Of a DNA stretch of 64,000 bases, positions 61,601 to 64,000 are shown one piece after another. The notes under the pieces were generated by a model, which saw only the letters and a list, made by a program, of their open reading frames with translations, was not told the DNA's origin and did no database searches. Every line of letters begins with the position of its first letter. The first letter of the stretch is position 1. This DNA comes from Leptogorgia sarmentosa (Eukaryota). Location: positions 3,038,001 through 3,102,000 of the forward strand of contig OZ210884.1 in assembly GCA_964658305.1 (NCBI GenBank), in the 5' to 3' direction. The position numbers were made by a program, and so were the translations under genes.

Positions 61601-63701
61601 GCGGAAATGGCCAAAGTTGTGAGAATTACCCTGGTACATATCGCTGCTATTGCAACAGTCCAAGAACTTACCTCGTTGATGGAAATTGTAAAGGTAACGC
61701 ATTTCTGTGCAGTTGTATTTTGCTATTACATTTTTGTGTTTTTGTATATTGCTATGGTAAAGTAAATAAGCTTTAAAAGGAATAGTCGAAATACAATAAA
61801 GATGTTGGAAAAACTGAATTTTAATTCGATCTTACACTATGCATGAAGAGATTTTCACGGTTCGAGATTTCACGATCGAGATTTTAGAAAATTGAGGAAA
61901 ATTTAAAAACAATTTGTAATCCTGACAACTTAAGTATTTGCTTTAACTTTTATTTAGAGATTTTAACATACCAAGGCGGATTTGTCGTGATCAATCGGGT
62001 GTACATACCTGCTTACGATGACCCGAATAGCGCTGAGTTTTTGGAGTTTGCTGAAGTGGTGGCAGCAGCCGTAAGTGTAACATTTGCTGTAAAAAATATT
62101 GCCGGATCACTCTGAATAGCTATTCAAGTAGTAGGTATAAATAAAACTATAGTTCGATTGACCCAATTAGCGACAATCTCGCTCGGTTAAAAATATCTGG
62201 ATCTTCTGAGAATTTAAAATGTCTACAATCATCATATAATTTTTAGAGCTGGTCTGTTGCATTTCAAAGCAAGACGGATGAATCACCCAGCCGTTTCTGT
62301 ATATGTAGCCCTCCCTGAAAAAAATCGAAACATGCATGCAAGTTAACGGGAAAATATACCAATGATCTTGCATGCCATGACATCTTTTTTCGGAGAAAAA
62401 AAATAATTGATTGAAAATCGGATTAAATAAACTGGAAAAAACGACTGCGTTATTTTCAATGGTACAAATTAGTGAAATATTAAATAATAAGCGATTGAAT
62501 TTCCAATAACTATTGTTTTTCACGATCAAGAAATGACACCTGATTGTCTTCGTAGTGCCTCATTTTCACTGATAAAAATAATGTATAATAACCTTCATGG
62601 AATAGTTGACACTAAGTTATAGCTATCATTTTGAAACACTTTGTATTTTATCTTTGCTTGCAGGTACTGGAAAAATTATTAAAAACAAAATTTAGAGACA
62701 GCGTGATTGGAGTGAGAGTAATTTCTTTATAGTAAGTTTGGGAAATCCGGTATTTGGATTTATGGGCTGAAAGTACTACTAAACAAGTATCGAATAAATA
62801 TTATAGGGAATAATAGTAAGATAATTCATATTATTATATAGACAAGCACTATATATGAGATATTCTGTAATCTGATTGGCTGAGCTACTCACTAGCTATT
62901 ACTTCATATATAGTGAGTAGGACGAATTAATTATCTCACTCAAGTGAGCTTAAAACAAAATGGCTGAAAATGGCTGAGCGTTTCCCTCAAATGAATGATT
63001 TTAATAAATTTTATAATGTTCGCCTTTTGTCTATATAATAAAACAATTATACCATTCGCTCTCGTCGTATATGGCTGATAGCCAACTCGGCTGCGCCTCG
63101 TCGGCTATCAGCTCATATACGACTCGAGCTCATGGTATAATTGTTAAATAAATATTTTCCAGTATTGATTAAGATATAATTTTCATTTGTAAAGTTTGTA
63201 GTTTACACCACGTAATTTTATTATCGCATATAAAAAAATAATAATAAAATTTGCGATAATAAAATTTCGTGGTGTAAAGTTCAAACTTCATAAATATTAT
63301 CTTCACCACGCAAACATTCAAAGAATTAATGATAGTTTTATCACGAAACATGCAGAACAAATCCAACGAGGGCGATATCGTTCACAATTTGAGAAATACC
63401 TTTCATATATCTAACGAACTATTTATTATCCCATTGATAAAATTATATATTGCATATGCACAGAGAATCACGAGGCTAGGAGGCATATATTTACTACGTG
63501 CCTGTTTTGTCTTTTTATACATCAGCAAAGGATCTGTTGGAATCAATTATACATCAGTATTTGAGCCAAAAACTGCTGGAGTGAACGCGACCTCTTTAAC
63601 CACGGAATTGGATGCAGTGCTTGATAAGAACGACAATGGATCATTCTTAGGGGATCTGCAGGTGACAGATGATCCCCAGAAAAGTGCAGTTACCTTCACT
63701 G
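28641..63701 (+). CDS. Gene B (3' incomplete): giant secreted or cell-surface protein, SP - propeller - 4xEGF - propeller - 2xEGF - 53xcbEGF - 6xcbEGF - EGF - SEA - EGF - SEA; about 67 EGF-like domains, >3,500 aa if all exons are included
   Basis: Hand-assembled exons with AG/GT sites and consistent phases from ATG 28641 ([23 protein letters not shown], exon 28641-28707) to the donor after 63701; one array exon has a mutated donor. Fibrillin/nidogen/LRP-like modules, but no specific ortholog recognised. Confidence 0.85.
28889..29288 (+). CDS. Gene B exon 2, propeller 1 first half
   Basis: Paralog of 12746-13139; tatacag acceptor, AG|gtaagt donor. Confidence 0.9.
30505..30893 (+). CDS. Gene B exon 3, propeller 1 second half
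   Basis: Paralog of 14464-14852, same 389-nt length, open frame. Confidence 0.9.
31361..33475 (+). CDS. Gene B: four EGF-like exons (31361-31480, 31916-32032, 32828-32944, 33356-33475)
   Basis: Each has six Cys and phase 1-1 boundaries, e.g. [39 protein letters not shown] and [27 protein letters not shown]. Confidence 0.92.
34112..34487 (+). CDS. Gene B propeller 2, first half
   Basis: Frame of ORF 33985..34503; motifs [11 protein letters not shown] and [12 protein letters not shown]; same phase-2 donor position as exon 2. In-phase acceptors at 34039-34045 are an alternative start. Confidence 0.82.
35379..35758 (+). CDS. Gene B propeller 2, second half
   Basis: atttttag acceptor, G|gtaaga donor; motifs [12 protein letters not shown] and FYVMDS. 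Confidence 0.88.
36010..36885 (+). CDS. Gene B: two EGF-like exons (36010-36129, 36766-36885)
   Basis: [28 protein letters not shown]... and [28 protein letters not shown]...; 120 nt each, phase 1-1. Confidence 0.92.
37174..37309 (+). pseudogene. Degenerate EGF pseudo-exon at the 5' edge of the array
   Basis: Homologous to the array exon but 136 nt long, with a (TA)n insertion, a 1-nt deletion and loss of the first Cys; AG and GT still present. Confidence 0.8.
37524..50405 (+). repeat. Tandem array of 53 calcium-binding EGF exons (123 nt) with ~100-114-nt introns and six ~245-nt introns; unit ~230 bp
   Basis: Consensus [41 protein letters not shown]. Each copy follows a polypyrimidine tract plus yag and precedes gt, except the copy at 43453-43575. 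Counted by eye from first start 37524 to last start 50283. Confidence 0.95.
50850..50970 (+). pseudogene. Degenerate EGF pseudo-exon at the 3' edge of the 53-exon array
   Basis: ctgttgcag acceptor, DANECSNNT, then a frameshift to TGA; a later Cys is lost and no donor is evident. Confidence 0.8.
50994..51453. mobile_element. Non-autonomous element with a terminal ~90-bp hairpin and ttattatatgga/tccatataataa inverted motifs
   Basis: attacacggttgcgagaagatatggattttatgttc ... gaacgtaaaatccatatcttcgagcgaaccgtgtaat; related layouts at ~57770-58285 and 62831-63150. Confidence 0.65.
51770..56226 (+). repeat. Second array: six ~735-770-bp units, each with a 123-nt cbEGF exon (52322-52444, 53086-53208, 53850-53972, 54601-54723, 55370-55492, 56104-56226) and an intronic hairpin
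   Basis: Consensus [41 protein letters not shown]; ttttaaag acceptors and G|gt donors; introns highly similar to each other. Confidence 0.95.
57216..57335 (+). CDS. Gene B EGF-like exon
   Basis: [40 protein letters not shown]; phase 1-1. Confidence 0.92.
57597..60030 (+). CDS. Gene B SEA-like domain 1 (exons 57597-57712, 59529-59596, 59876-60030)
   Basis: [36 protein letters not shown] / VEAIFQG...AYLTNFS / [16 protein letters not shown]...; typical SEA N-terminal pattern (Y-S-x-D-L-x-N-P) and consistent phases. Confidence 0.8.
57770..58285. mobile_element. Degenerate hairpin-type interspersed element in an intron
   Basis: Similar layout and motifs to 50994-51453 (cttcgagtgg, imperfect hairpin, ttattata...tatataata). 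Confidence 0.45.
61559..61693 (+). CDS. Gene B EGF-like exon between the SEA domains
   Basis: [45 protein letters not shown]; phase 1-1. Confidence 0.9.
61958..63701 (+). CDS. Gene B SEA domain 2 (exons 61958-62070, 62664-62731, 63526-63701)
   Basis: [35 protein letters not shown] / [23 protein letters not shown] / [12 protein letters not shown]...; same three-exon phase pattern as SEA 1, with a 68-nt middle exon in both. Confidence 0.85.
62831..63150. mobile_element. Non-autonomous element: 15-bp inverted repeats plus an adjacent ~100-bp terminal hairpin
   Basis: ttattatatagacaa (62831) and ttgtctatataataa (63027); hairpin aacaattataccat...atggtataattgtt (63042-63145). Confidence 0.75.
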
Positions 63702-64000
63702 GTAGGTTTATATAGTAATATATGTTGAGATCTAACAGTTATTATAGGAATTACTCAATAAAGATTTATAATCACTTTTCTTAGCTCGAGTGCGCTTGAG
63801 GAAAGAGCTGATTCAAATATGTGCGCAAAAAAGAACAAAATAACAAAACAAAGTATACCGAGAAGCATAATCTTATGATTTTAACGAAGAAAATAATTTT
63901 GAAATATCTCATACAGTGCATATCCTTTGCCAAAATAACGGTTTAACTGTTTTGCCTGTCTGAAATCGTTTGAAATTTCTTCGTAAAATAGCCTTCGAAT

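Noticed and set aside
28641..63701. Naming gene B as fibrillin, LRP, nidogen or uromodulin
   Set aside because: No TB, LDL-A, NIDO/G2 or ZP domains were seen; the domain order matches none of these, so no symbol is assigned.

Overview
This is AT-rich, intron-rich eukaryotic (metazoan) DNA. The repeat types are reminiscent of anthozoan cnidarian genomes, which is inference only. The ORF track is misleading because the real genes are spliced; all exon coordinates and counts below were read by hand. (1) The 5' part of a minus-strand Ig-superfamily gene: a signal-peptide exon at 2748-2832 and an Ig exon at 1346-1627. (2) A ~9.5-kb segmental duplication (5.7-15.4 kb vs 18.8-31.2 kb, the second copy with an extra partial copy) that carries the upstream region and the first three coding exons (signal peptide plus YWTD/LDLR-class-B-like beta-propeller) of two paralogous surface proteins. 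Gene A (12501-17096, ~373 aa) puts this head on four 48-nt Thr-rich mini-exons and a GPI-signal-like tail. Gene B (28641 to beyond 63701, >3,500 aa if all exons are used) runs head, 4 EGF, second propeller, 2 EGF, 53 near-identical 123-nt Ca-binding EGF exons (37524-50405), 6 more EGF exons in ~760-bp units, then EGF-SEA-EGF-SEA, and continues out of the window. All EGF exons are phase 1-1, so the stalk is an in-frame skippable cassette array; it is bracketed by dead edge copies and contains one exon with a mutated donor. The window also holds several MITEs and hairpin elements (some with empty sites in the paralog), decayed coding modules in the duplicated upstream DNA, and degenerate hammerhead-like motifs.
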